DNA of 63,834 nt, filler included, from Octopus bimaculoides (GCF_001194135.2; 7 parts of 7 records of this genome joined end to end with filler, not necessarily neighbours in it), one strand, 5' to 3'. Counted from the whole stretch's first letter, positions 52,371 to 63,834 are shown. Numbers and translations: made by a program. The notes: a model not told the origin generated them from the letters alone.

Positions 52371-53837
52371 GATATATATATATATATATACACAAACACA
52401 TGTATTTGTTTGTTTGTTTTTCTCTGCGCATGTGGGGGGGGGGGCTTTNNNNNNNNNNNNNNNNNNNNNNNNNNNNNNNNNNNNNNNNNNNNNNNNNNNN
52501 NNNNNNNNNNNNNNNNNNNNNNNNNNNNNNNNNNNNNNNNNNNNNNNNNNNNNNNNNNNNNNNNNNNNNNNNNNNNNNNNNNNNNNNNNNNNNNNNNNNN
52601 NNNNNNNNNNNNNNNNNNNNNNNNNNNNNNNNNNNNNNNNNNNNNNNNNNNNNNNNNNNNNNNNNNNNNNNNNNNNNNNNNNNNNNNNNNNNNNNNNNNN
52701 NNNNNNNNNNNNNNNNNNNNNNNNNNNNNNNNNNNNNNNNNNNNNNNNNNNNNNNNNNNNNNNNNNNNNNNNNNNNNNNNNNNNNNNNNNNNNNNNNNNN
52801 NNNNNNNNNNNNNNNNNNNNNNNNNNNNNNNNNNNNNNNNNNNNNNNNNNNNNNNNNNNNNNNNNNNNNNNNNNNNNNNNNNNNNNNNNNNNNNNNNNNN
52901 NNNNNNNNNNNNNNNNNNNNNNNNNNNNNNNNNNNNNNNNNNNNNNNNNNNNNNNNNNNNNNNNNNNNNNNNNNNNNNNNNNNNNNNNNNNNNNNNNNNN
53001 NNNNNNNNNNNNNNNNNNNNNNNNNNNNNNNNNNNNNNNNNNNNNNNNNNNNNNNNNNNNNNNNNNNNNNNNNNNNNNNNNNNNNNNNNNNNNNNNNNNN
53101 NNNNNNNNNNNNNNNNNNNNNNNNNNNNNNNNNNNNNNTGTGTGTGTGTGTGTGTGTCCGTGTGTGCGTGCGTGTGTGTGTCTATATTTATGTATTTTTA
53201 AACGTATATACCTGCATACATATACATATGTATGTATGTATGTATGTATTATGTATGTATGCATGCATGCATGTATGTATGTATGTATGTATGTATGTGT
53301 GTATGTATGTATGTATGTATGTATGTGTGTATGTATGTATGTATGTATGTATGTATATTGTGACACCTAACATGTTACATGAAAACGAATTTTTATCCCT
53401 AAGTGTTTGAAGATAATATTCATTGTGTGAGATAAAGTTAGAGTCATCAGAGTACAAGAGTTCTCTTATCAGAGACAGAGAGGTATTTAAATTAAAATTA
53501 AGATAACAGAGATTGAATAACTTACTACTTGTGTTATAGGCGTATATAAATAACTTTCACAGTAGTCTATGAAAGCAAATTAAAAACCTATTGTAAATAG
53601 AATACGGACTCTTAGATCGCCTTGTTTTACCATCATCACAGCTTGAAAGTGTCAAAGTTCTCTACCAATTACAACAAGCGCCCTCCTATCTCCTCAAAGG
53701 ACCTGATAATGCATGTAATATTCTTGGAGAATAGCTTTTAAGCCATCACGATTAAATGGATCAAAGGTATTAGCAGATACAGAAGCGACAATAAAAGTCT
53801 CGAATCTGCTCATTGCTTTTTCTTTTCTTTTTTCCCC

Positions 53838-54090
53838 ACAGCTAGCACCTTGGGCGAGTATCTTCTGCTATAGCCTCGGGCCGACTAAAGCCTTGTGAGT
53901 AGATTTGGTAGACGGAAGCTAAAAGAATCCCGTCATATATACATACATACATATGTATGAATGTATGTAAGTGTATATGTATGTACGTATATGTGTGTGT
54001 TTGTGTCCGTGTTAGTCCACCCCCCCATCATCGCTTGGCAACCCGTGTCGGTGTGTTTATGTCTCCGTAACTTAGGGGTTCGGTAAAAGA
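53838..54090 (+). mobile_element. SINE family B, middle part
   Basis: GCACCTTGGGCGAGTATCTTCTGCTATAGCCTCGGGCCGACTAAAGCCTTGTGAG...CCGTAACTTAGGGGTTCGGTAAAAG. Confidence 0.85.
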
Positions 54091-54477
54091 GTGAGAAGCC
54101 GAAAATATCATGTCAGTGGTCATAGGTTCCTCGTACAACCTGAATACTATAAATGCCAAGAGCTTCTTTTTCTAGTTTCCCTTCGTGTTATTATCCTGAT
54201 TAAGACTCTTGAACACGTTGGAATTTTTCTTCTTCCAACGTGTTCAATAAGACTTCAAAGTATAATTCTGCTCGTATTTTCTCCACAACAGAAAATACCT
54301 CGAGAATTACCTCTTATCCTTTCCCCGTATTTTGCATCGTAGAACACCTTCAGCAACCCATTTTCGTAGTCTTAAGGTTTTCCTAAGGTTTTCCTAGAGA
54401 TTATAAATCAGATTATCTCGATTATTTAACACCAGGTTTCCTTCTAGTTTGAGTATTCATGTTTTCTTATTTCAACA

Positions 54478-54680
54478 TAAGGCTAATAATTTTGAAGGGA
54501 GAAGTGAATCAACATCATCGCTTGCAGTACTGAACTGGTACTTTATTTTATTAACCCCGAAAGAATGAAAGGTAAAATGAACTCCCGGTAGGATTTGAAC
54601 ACAGAACGTAAAGAGCAGGAAGAAATAACGCAAGGTATTTTTTTTATAACCCTCTAACGATACTGACAGTTTGTCGCCTT
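54478..54680 (-). mobile_element. SINE family A, decayed
   Basis: AACTGGTACTTTATTTATTAACCCCGAAAGAATGAAAGGTAAA...GGATTTGAACACAGAACGTAAAG. Confidence 0.7.
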
Positions 54681-54879
54681 CCGGAATCCTATAAATACCA
54701 AGAACGCTTTTCTAGTTTTCCTTCATTATGCGAAATATTTCCTTGAAAACCCTTTTACCAAACTCACGGTAAAAAAAAAAAAACTGCCTTTAACTTTAGG
54801 TAAACGAATGTAGTATAAAAGCGGAAAATTGCTGGGAAATACAATTCATATTAGATAATGGAGCAATCCTTATTCAAGT

Positions 54880-55265
54880 ATTCAAATATTTTGAGAAGAA
54901 ATGCATTAAACATGCAATACTGAAACGAGTTGCAAGGAAAGAAAGCTCCAAGGATGCTGCAAATCCCTTAAAATGTTCAACTCGTGGTTGTGTTCGTCTT
55001 CCAAAAGCTTGCCTTGTTAGACAGTTAATGCTACATAAACCAAAGCTAGCTAATGATAGATCATCAATAGCTGAAAAGGTATTCGTCTGTTATTGTGTTC
55101 GTCTTCCAAAAGCTTGCCTTGTTAGACAGTTAATGCTACATAAACCAAAGCTAGCTAATAATAAATCATCAATAGCTGAAAAGGTATTCGTCTGTCAAAC
55201 ATGTAACAAAAATTATCGTTGCATTGGTGTTTATGTAGGAATTGCGGTAGAAGACGAAATGTAAC
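54880..55265 (+). mobile_element. Probable LINE (RTE-type) ORF2 C-terminal fragment with a 105-bp internal duplication
   Basis: FEKKCIKHAILKRVARK...LKCSTRGC...LMLH...FVCQTCNK resembles the basic/Cys-His tail of RTE ORF2; near-identical units at 54988-55092 and 55093-55195. Confidence 0.5.
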
Positions 55266-55453
55266 AGCGATTAGCATTTTCACGTTCAAATCTTCCGGAA
55301 ATATTGTGCATTTCATCGTATAGTCTTTAATATTTGTATATTCATGTTTGTATGTGCGTGTGTGTGTGCATGTGGTTACATATATANNNNNNNNNNATAT
55401 ATGTATGTGTGTGTATGCACACACATACACATACATATCTATGTATGTATATC

Positions 55454-55495
<42 letters not shown>

Positions 55496-56672
55496 TAACT
55501 TGCCATTCTGTGTCAATTTTCGTATGTGCATTTGCTATACATTTTCTGATTTATTAAAGGAACGCAACGCAACTTTCCTTTTATTTACAGTAAGTTATTT
55601 ATAAATCTGTGCATCCTCTATTTCTTGCTTTTCTTCTTTCTTCTTTTTCTCTCTCCGTCTTTTCCCCCCCTCTCTCTCTCTATCTATCTATCTCTCTCGC
55701 TCTCTTTTTCCTCTACCCTCTGTGTCTCTCTCTGACTGCAGATGATCTGACACGTGACCCGTGGTCAGCCTTTTTTTCGTTCTCTCTTTTTTAATTCTCT
55801 CTTTTTTACACCGGTCATTGACATGACCGGTTGTAAATTCTCTAGTCTCCACCTCAACCTTGTCTGTTGCCCTTCGGTTTCCAATCCTTAAGGATTTCCT
55901 TCTAAGCGTTACCCATGCTCCGTCTTCATCTGGCCTTAAAGCTGCATATTGTTTGCTTTTCTATTTATTTCATCTTTGTCCCTCGTCCGTCGTCTTGAAT
56001 TACATTTATTCATTTTCGTATGTCCACTTTTGTATCCATGTATTGTATCCAATATTCTCTGCAACGCTTGCAGATACCTCCAGCTGGGAATAAGTATTAT
56101 CGTTAAAGGCACGAAATTACGTCAGACCCTCTGATCGATAACTGATGAGGAATTAGAGACCGTCTGTGTCTGTTTCCCATTCGTCTGTGCATTTACTATA
56201 CATTTTCTCACTTATTAAGTAACAGAACGCAATGCCCCTGGTTGTTATTCACAAATCTTATTTGTCTCGGATATTATTTTTCTTACGCCACTAATGCCAA
56301 CAACAGGTCATATAAATGACTATTTATCGTACGAATACGCTTAAGATAAATAATTATTGATGTATTTATATGTGTATATGTGTGCATTATGTTTAAAGTA
56401 TAACGGTTGTGTATTTTTTGTAAGTCGTCATGAAAACCTAACAGTTTGTAATTTGTTGTTTCTTTTACATAAATGCGTTACGTTGAGCTATTCTTTTCTG
56501 TTATAATTTGCATAATATATTCATGCGCAGTTGCATAACTTTAAATAATGTGAGAGTGTAGGTAACTGCTTCCTGTTGAAATCAGTGTGCTTATAGAGTA
56601 GCGTGTTCCAGTTCGTATGTTTACGAGTATGATAGAAATATCTGGGATATGGAGAAGTATAATGGTCTAGGA

Positions 56673-56735
56673 CAGTGGTTCTCAACCATTTGATTAGTTT
56701 TATTCTGGTGAACCCCTATAGCCATTCCAAGTTTA
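56673..56735 (+). mobile_element. Solo hAT (Charlie-like) terminus
   Basis: CAGTGGTTCTCAACC TIR preceded by GTCTAGGA, similar to the NTCTAGAN target preference; no partner end found. Confidence 0.5.
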
Positions 56736-57364
56736 GAATTGATTTGTCATAAGTTTTTCATCACCCATCTGTGGTATTTTTAATGATTTCAAATTCGCCA
56801 TCTCAAATTGTAAAATAATGATACATGAAAATGGATCCTACTTCAAAAACTAAAAGACTAAAAGGACTTCCTCATTCCATCGGAGATAGAAACGTTTCTG
56901 CGTTACTCAGAGTGAAAACCAATATGTAATGAACACGTCTAAACGATACTTCACATCAAAATAAAAATAATGAAACAGCAATAACAACGCCAACGATAAT
57001 GGCTACAACATCAGGACGACATTGACAAGAACAACTACAACAACTGTGAGAAACAGAGATAACCAGACAACAATGATAGAATTATTATGGCTAGAGTTCA
57101 CGGCTTTACAATTTCAATACAGGCACAACCAAAAATACAAATACAAACGTACATACAATCAATAAACGACAGAACATATGCTGCAATACAATTGGACAAA
57201 GAAGAAACATCTGTTCTTAAAATACAGCAGAAGTGCGCCATATTCAGGAAGGTCAATATTATTGATTGCTTCTTTGAAATTCAAAAATTTTCACACATAT
57301 TAAATAGAAATTACAGACTAACACTTGTAATAATCAAATAAGGATCTTCTAGAATTCAGCTGGT

Positions 57365-57580
57365 GTCTTCTACTATAACCCAAGGCTGCGGGTCTTGTGG
57401 GAAGATTTTGTAGACGATGATGAGACGTATCCTGTCAAACTGCAGGCTGGCACTGGAGAGATATACATGGCGTCACAACCAAGTACTCGGTGTTATAAGC
57501 ACAGTAATCAAGGAGAAGATCGAGGAGTACAGCTGATGGGGAGAGTACCCGAAAGTGGTAAAACGCTAAAGGATATATAC
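57365..57580 (+). mobile_element. Fragment of a REL-endonuclease non-LTR element (HERO/NeSL/R2-like)
   Basis: Frameshifted translation gives LW...DDET..CQ followed by LALERYTWRHNQVLGVISTVIKEKIEE; the RYTWRHNxVL motif follows the CCHC knuckle in these elements. Confidence 0.55.
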
Positions 57581-57740
57581 AAAAAATACAAAAAAATACT
57601 TCCAGAAGGAAGTATTTTTTTGTATTTTTTGTATTCATTGACATTATTGATATTATTTTTTATGCATTCTGTTTTTATTTCCATAATATCGTAACCCATA
57701 TAATAATATTAATAGATAATAATAATAATAATAATAATAG

Positions 57741-57829
<89 letters not shown>

Positions 57830-58559
57830 TTCACCTACGGTAAAATTTATCGTGGTGGAATTTTCCGTGGTGGAATTTACCGGTCACCAAATATTCATAC
57901 AAACATACATACATACATACATGCATGCTTACATACATACATACATGCATGCATGCATACATACATACATACATACATACATACATACATACATACATTC
58001 ATGTACAGGTTTCTCTAAAGTCAACATATGAAATTACAAGTCTTCTGTTAGCTTAATTGCGTCTCCTATTACACTTTATAACACTGCAATTATTTCATAA
58101 TAAAAAGTAAATTTTAAATGGAAATTTTTTTAATCATTTATTTATTCATTGATTCATTCATTTCTTTTTTTTTTATTAGACTCACGCTTCAGTAGATTTG
58201 TGGAATGTCTCAAAAGTGGTAGATCTCATACACTTGGTTTTCAGGACCTATATTATCATCATCATCATTATCATCATAATCATCATCATAAGAAAGAAAG
58301 AAAGAAAGAAAGAACTAGAAAATCTCCTTTATGTATAAAATCAATCATTCGTTTTAAAAAATTTCCTTAATCGTGTACACGTTCAGTGTCACGTATGTTT
58401 AACAATCTGTTGAAATATCTTTGTGACATTTTTTTTTTTTTTCTTTTGTTCGCAAACGGAAACTGATGCACCTGATCGTTGTTACTGCGTGGCTTTTAAC
58501 AAAGACACGAGTCAGATTGTGGTGGTGTGACTGCATTGTAGTCAAGTTGACCGAATTTC

Positions 58560-58772
58560 ACGATCGAGTTTCGGCAGAATTTGGCAGAAACATTACCCAG
58601 AAAAATATCTTAGCAGTATTTTCTTATGACTCATTATGAACTGAGTTCAAAGCCCGCAAATATTCCAGGTCGATAAAATGAAGTACCGGTTGAGTACTCG
58701 AGTTTTAATTGTGAGTAATTGACACACGCCTTCCCACTAAAATTTGCTCGTTTTGTGCCAAAATTTGAAACA
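58560..58772 (+). mobile_element. SINE family A, older copy
   Basis: TTGGCAGAA...GAACTGAGTTCAAA...GGTCGATAAAATGAAGTACCGGTTGAGTACT...AAAATTTGCTCG.TTTGTGCCAAAATTTGAAAC. Confidence 0.65.
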
Positions 58773-58776
58773 TTAA

Positions 58777-59011
58777 GGACGGTGAGCTGGCAGAATCGTT
58801 AGTACGCCGGACAAAATGTTCAGCGGCATTTCTTCAGGCTCTACGTTCTGAGTTCAAATTCCGCCGAGGTCAATTTTACCTTTCATTTTTTCGGAATCGA
58901 TAAAATAAGTACCAGTGGAGCACTGGGATTAGTGTAATCGACTAGCCCCCTCACCCCAAATTTCAGGCCTTGTGCCTAGAGTAGAAAGTATTATTATTAT
59001 TATTATTATTA

Positions 59012-59049
<38 letters not shown>

Positions 59050-59050
59050 G
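58777..59050 (+). mobile_element. SINE family A, young full-length copy with (ATT)n tail
   Basis: GGACGGTGAGCTGGCAGAATCGTTAG...GTTCTGAGTTCAAATTCCGCCGAGGTC...AAATTTCAGGCCTTGTGCCTAGAGTAGAAAG(TAT)n. Confidence 0.9.
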
Positions 59051-59454
59051 CTAAATCGGTGATTCTTGAGCGTGACCGGGTTCTTCATGCTCAGAGTTAG
59101 CTTAGAGTTGGGTGGCTGAAAGGAAGGAACATTACTAATGGTCAAATGTCACCAGGGCGGCCGCGTTTGCTTCACAAGTCCAGAACATCCTCAACAACTC
59201 CAGTCGATTGGTGAGAACCATCACCGAGAAGCCTCAAGATAGTGGAGCCCACTATTAGACATATAATGCATGACGGCATTAGATACAAGTCCTATGTGAC
59301 AGAGAGCAGGTTGTGTCAAGCAAAACCCAATAGAACTGTATACTCTTTTGATCCCTAACATTATGTGGTCCTTTAGTCTAAAGCAGTACTTGTTGAGGGT
59401 TACTGTCATGGGTATGATGAGTAGCAAGGGTGGGGTACCATCTGGTCCTCTCGT

Positions 59455-59636
59455 ACAATCAATCGCTTCCGTAGTCGCACCGGGGCCGTCATTGAGGCTG
59501 AGGGCGGTTTTGTTGAAAGATCCGTTTCTGAGATGTTAGTTGAACGTGTGTGTCGTTTTCCAGAGAGTATATTTCTTTTTTCTGCTTGGTTTCTTGTTTT
59601 GTTATATATTTAATTTCTAAATCCTTGGCTCACCCA
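59455..59636 (+). mobile_element. Tc1/mariner transposase 3' end remnant
   Basis: Encodes RFRSRTGAVIEAEGGFVE, matching the typical C-terminus RFR.RIEAVIEA.GG.IE. Confidence 0.5.
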
Positions 59637-61049
59637 AGCGTTCACACAATTACAAATAACGAACAATATCGATATTTCAGTACACTACACGTATTTATTT
59701 TATTAACTCCAGCCTTCGAGGAAATCTCTACGTAGTCACTGGTCCTATTAGAAACACCAACAAAATTCTGTTCAGTCTTATGACCACTTTCTAGAACATT
59801 TGTCTATGAGATATGAATAAACCCTAGTACTGTCGTACTCACATCCCTCCAGCATCCCTCAACCTGAAACAACTTTAGTTAGACTTTCTACATAAAAAAT
59901 ACTTACAAACACAACCCGCTCGTTCCTCCTTCATTGCCTCGATAAGATATACAATAGCTTTACAAGTAGATAATGCTCTTCACTATGTTAACTATCACCG
60001 AAGTTGGGATTAAGTATGGGGCAATGACACAATCGGAAGATGCATTTTATTCATTATGCTATTTGCGGATATGCACAACATTCGACATTCTTATAACTAA
60101 TTTTATACTAATGGTTAATTATTCTAATGTGCAGAGCCAGCTCATTCCTTTAGCTAATATTTTCTCCACTAAAGCTACAAGTAACAAACAATTCATTTAC
60201 CTTGTTTCCTCCATTTCCTTCAGATTTCTGTCAATGCTTTTGGCAATTTCTCTCCCCTCCCACCACCACCTTTCCTTGCCCCTTTCCCTCTCTCTTTCTG
60301 TCTCACTCTCTGTCACTTACGGCAATGGGCTCGACATTTCACAAGCACTGAAGCGTTACTGATATATGATAATAAAAGGAAGAGAGAGAGACGAAATTAT
60401 ATCAACCAAATGCACGCTCCGTTTCATTCCCTTAAAAGCGTCATTAACTTCATAATTTGGTTTCCGTTTGTTGCCAATGTTTCTGTTCAAATTCTGACAA
60501 CAAATTGGATTTTTTTTTTTTTTTTTAAATCCTGACATTTGTAATGATGTCTNNNNNNNNNNNNNNNNNNNNNNNNNNNNNNNNNNNNNNNNNNNNNNNN
60601 NNNNNNNNNNNNNNNNNNNNNNNNNNNNNNNNNNNNNNNNNNNNNNNNNNNNNNNNNNNNNNNNNNNNNNNNNNNNNNNNNNNNNNNNNNNNNNGTGTGG
60701 GTAGGGGGGAAACAAGGATACACATTGAAAATAAATTTGTCTTACGGTACGGTATTCGTGTCTTTGTGAAATTTGTAAGCAAAATCGGGTGAAGGAACGA
60801 TAGAGCAAAAAAAGAAAAAAATGTGTTAATAGAATTGTAATGAAAAGAAAGAATTACATGGCCAAGCAAACATGGCTTCAATTGAGGAAATACTCGAGAA
60901 TGGTTGTCGTTGTTGTTGTTGTGGCTGTTGCACCTGTTGTTGCTGTTGTTGTTGTTATTTATTGTCGTTTAACCCCAGGTTAGTCTTGTTCGAGCAAACT
61001 CATTTTCATAGCCATTCCACTCATATCCACCCTGGTTTATTTTCACAAA

Positions 61050-61073
61050 GTAGTAGTAGTAGCAACAGCAGTA

Positions 61074-61108
<35 letters not shown>

Positions 61109-61127
61109 TAGTAGTAGCAGCAGCAGC

Positions 61128-61174
<47 letters not shown>

Positions 61175-61203
61175 CAACAGCAGTAGTAGTAGTAGTAGTA
61201 GTA
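61050..61203. repeat. Compound (TAG)n/(CAG)n trinucleotide microsatellite
   Basis: Directly visible. One of very many (CA), (TA), (GA), (ATT), (ATAG), (ATAC) and (GGCA) tracts across the window. Confidence 0.95.
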
Positions 61204-61518
61204 ATGAAAATGAGATGTTATATAAAAATGAAAAATGAAATGGTTGCATGGGCCCCACTCCCATGGAGTACCATTTGAACGTTTGTATAAACTATTTACA
61301 ATCGTTCTATTTCCATTTTTCTTTTTGTTTTTCTTTTTCTTAATCATCGTTTTTTTCTCTCTTTTTTTTTTAAATGAAATAATTTTACTTTTTTCTTCTT
61401 TCTTCAATAAAACAATTTTTTTTTTTTTCCTTTTTAATATCTCATGAAAGGTTCTAGATCTTTTAGCTCTACTACTGGCGGCAATTCATCGAACTCCACC
61501 ATCACTCCTGGAAGGTCA

Positions 61519-61618
61519 NNNNNNNNNNNNNNNNNNNNNNNNNNNNNNNNNNNNNNNNNNNNTTAATTAATTAANNNNNNNNNNNNNNNNNNNNNNNNNN
61601 NNNNNNNNNNNNNNNNNN
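61519..61618. other. Artificial assembly spacer
   Basis: 44 N + TTAATTAATTAA (61563-61574) + 44 N. Confidence 0.95.
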
Positions 61619-61804
61619 AAAGGAAATAGACAGGATTGCCAGAGTTGGAGTGTCTTCAGTTATAAGTCTGCTCCAATTCAGGTTGACCAGGAACAACAAC
61701 AATAACAACACTGGGAGTGATGAATAAAGGATAAAGCTTCTTCCTGAGTTACATAGGCTCACAAAACCATTTCCACAGACCCTGTGGAGTATATATTACC
61801 TCGT

Positions 61805-62078
61805 GGGACCATGTGGTCAAGTGGTTAGGTTATTGCAGTCGTGACTGCTAGATCGCGAGTTCAATTCCCAGACGAGGTGGAACGCTGTATTCTTTGGGCA
61901 AAACACTTCATTTCACATTGCTTCAGTCCCCCTTTCAACCAGAACGGGGGATGAACATTGCCTTGCTCCCCTAGCCAGCAGGGTGGCGTCATCCGAAGGC
62001 TAAAATGATGCAAAGTGCATTGTAATCAGCGATGTGTAGCAACATCTCATAGTCCAGTTGGTCATGTGATTACTTGAT
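61805..62078 (+). mobile_element. tRNA-derived SINE, family C
   Basis: GTGGTCAAGTGGTTAGG (A box), GAGTTCAATTCCC (B box), then GGCAAAACACTTCATTTCACATTG. Confidence 0.7.
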
Positions 62079-62079
62079 A

Positions 62080-62258
62080 TATTACCCACTGGATGAGACA
62101 CCATTCCATTTCAGGATTGCTTATTTTTTACAAACTGAATGGGCTGGAACAATGTGAAATGAAGTGTTTTCCTCAAGAACAAAACACATTGCCCAGTCGA
62201 GGAATCGAAACCACAATCATGCGATCATGGATCCAACACCCTAACCACAAAGCCTCAC
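62080..62258 (-). mobile_element. tRNA-derived SINE related to family C, opposite orientation
   Basis: The minus strand reads GTGGTTAGGGTG...GGTTTCGATTCC...AAAACACTTCATTTCACATTG, 21 nt identical to 61900-61920. Confidence 0.7.
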
Positions 62259-62299
62259 ATCCCCTCTAAGAGTGACGTGAGCAACATTTTCGTTACTAA

Positions 62300-62738
62300 A
62301 TTACTCTTTTACTCTTTACTCTTTTACTTGTTTCAGTCATTTGACTGCNNNNNNNNNNNNNNNNNNNNNNNNNNNNNNNNNNNNNNNNNNNNNNNNNNNN
62401 NNNNNNNNNNNNNNNNNNNNNNNNNTATTCTATCGGTCTCTTTTGCCGAACCGCGAAGTTACGGGGACGTAAACATACCACCATCGGTTGTGAAGCGTTG
62501 GTGGGGGGACAAACACAGAAACAAACACACGCATATACATATACACATACATATATACGACGGGCTTCTTTCAGTTTCCGTCTACCNNNNNNNNNNNNNN
62601 NNNNNNNNNNNNNNNNNNNNNNNNNNNNNNNNNNNNNNNNNNNNNNNNNNNNNNNNNNNNNNNNNNNNNNNNNNNNNNNNNNNNNNNNNNNNNACCATGT
62701 GGTTGGTAAGCAAGCTACTTACCACACAGCCACTCCTG
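62300..62738 (-). mobile_element. SINE family B, full length with two internal gaps
   Basis: Tail TTTTACTCTTTTACTTGTTTCAGTCATTTGACTGC, core GCCGAACCGCGAAGTTACGGGGACGTAAAC, head ACCATGTGGTTGGTAAGCAAGCTACTTACCACACAGCCAC. Confidence 0.9.
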
Positions 62739-63040
62739 CGAAGTTTTCATTATTGTTTTGCCTCAGGTAATTAAGCAGGTAAACATTTCAACTGTGACCA
62801 TTACTCTGTCCTTTTATGGATATATAAAAACATTATCTTCAGATGGCTAAGTCCCGCCTGAATTAGATTTCACTGTAGTGGTTTTTAGTAGGTCATATGA
62901 TTTGCAGAGACCCAATTTTAAGGTTTAATGGTTTCTTTTATCTCACTGAGAACTGATGGGAATATTTTTAGAGTATTAAGCTTTAATATTTAATCTTGTT
63001 CTAAAACCCTGTCTCTCCTAAAAATTTTTTGTTCAAACAG

Positions 63041-63168
63041 GTTGTTGCATGTGGTAAGAACAGTCTAAATAATCGATTTTTGCCATACGACACTATAAGA
63101 ACTGATGCGATTTTTAGTATAGATGATGACTTGACTCTACCACAAGAAAGCATTCTTCTAGCTTTCAG
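63041..63168 (+). CDS. EXTL3: Exostosin-family GT64 glycosyltransferase exon, most like EXTL3/botv (orthology tentative)
   Basis: Acceptor TTTTTGTTCAAACAG and donor AG|GTAATG. Encodes VVACGKNSLNNRFLPYDTIRTDAIFSIDDDLTLPQESILLAFR, versus the EXTL3-type VVRTEKNSLNNRFLPW..IETEAILSIDDD; the DxD motif is intact. Confidence 0.85.
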
Positions 63169-63236
63169 GTAATGACCTCCGTTTCATCTATTTTCTTTTT
63201 CATTTTCCTGCGTGTTTTATTCATTTAAACGTGTAT

Positions 63237-63278
<42 letters not shown>

Positions 63279-63834
63279 NNNNNNNNNNNNNNNNNNNNNN
63301 NNNNNNNNNNNNNNNNNNNNNNNNNNNNNNNNNNNNNNNNNNNNNNNGTGTGTGTGTGTGTGTGCGTATAATATGTATTTATATATATATATGTGTCTAA
63401 GGATCTCTATAGGAACAGGATAATGTCTGTTAATGCGGTGACCTAAATAACAGTGGAGTAGAAAATGTTGTTGGCACTCCGTCGCTTACGACGTCGAGGG
63501 TTGGTTCCAGTTGATCCGATCAATGGAACAGCCTGCTCGTGAAATTAACGTNNNNNNNNNNNNNNNNNNNNNNNNNNNNNNNNNNNNNNNNNNNNNNNNN
63601 NNNNNNNNNNNNNNNNNNNNNNNNNNNNNNNNNNNNNNNNNNNNNNNNNNNNNNNGGCTGGCCCTTTGAAATACAGGCACAACAGAAACAGGAAGTAAGA
63701 GAAAGCTGTGGTGAAACTACATGTACTTTCATTTTGTGATGTAATCTTTGGACTAACAACAGTTGCGACTGAGGAGAGCTTTATACCATCTTTTATATCA
63801 ATAATATACCTATGCTGATGTAATAACAGATTGT

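Noticed and set aside
56118-56175. CTGATGA and GAGACCGTC as a hammerhead
   Set aside because: No intact GAAA core in the correct register. Similar partial motifs near 12350 and 26225 also fail.
60872-61096. ORF with poly-C, poly-S and poly-Q as a real protein
   Set aside because: Built from (GTT)n, (TAG)n and (CAG)n microsatellites, with no splice or domain support.

Overview
AT-rich, microsatellite-saturated animal DNA. The repeat content points to an octopus, but that is an inference. The window is not contiguous: six identical artificial 100-bp spacers (44 N + TTAATTAATTAA + 44 N) join seven pieces (1-19589, 19690-31035, 31136-40228, 40329-45370, 45471-50591, 50692-61518, 61619-end). Recognisable host genes are two exons of a divergent non-NMDA ionotropic glutamate receptor (46549-46894, 48642-49187, +) and one exon of an exostosin/EXTL3-like GT64 glycosyltransferase (63041-63168, +). 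The rest is mostly decayed mobile DNA: many copies of three tRNA-derived SINE families, a Penelope-like element, Tx1/L1, RTE, CR1/L2-type and REL-type LINE relics, and mariner, Tc1, hAT and Helentron-type relics. Best leads: an intact minimal hammerhead ribozyme in the Penelope-like relic; Trp at the receptor's Q/R pore site with the glutamate-binding residues retained; two 28S rRNA-derived fragments that end at the same rRNA position and carry microsatellite tails; a pre-miRNA-like hairpin; and a 62-bp GC-rich array fused to the start of a Tx1 ORF2. Almost all ORFs in the supplied track are microsatellite or N-gap artefacts. All alignments were done by eye against remembered consensus motifs, and repeat boundaries are approximate.
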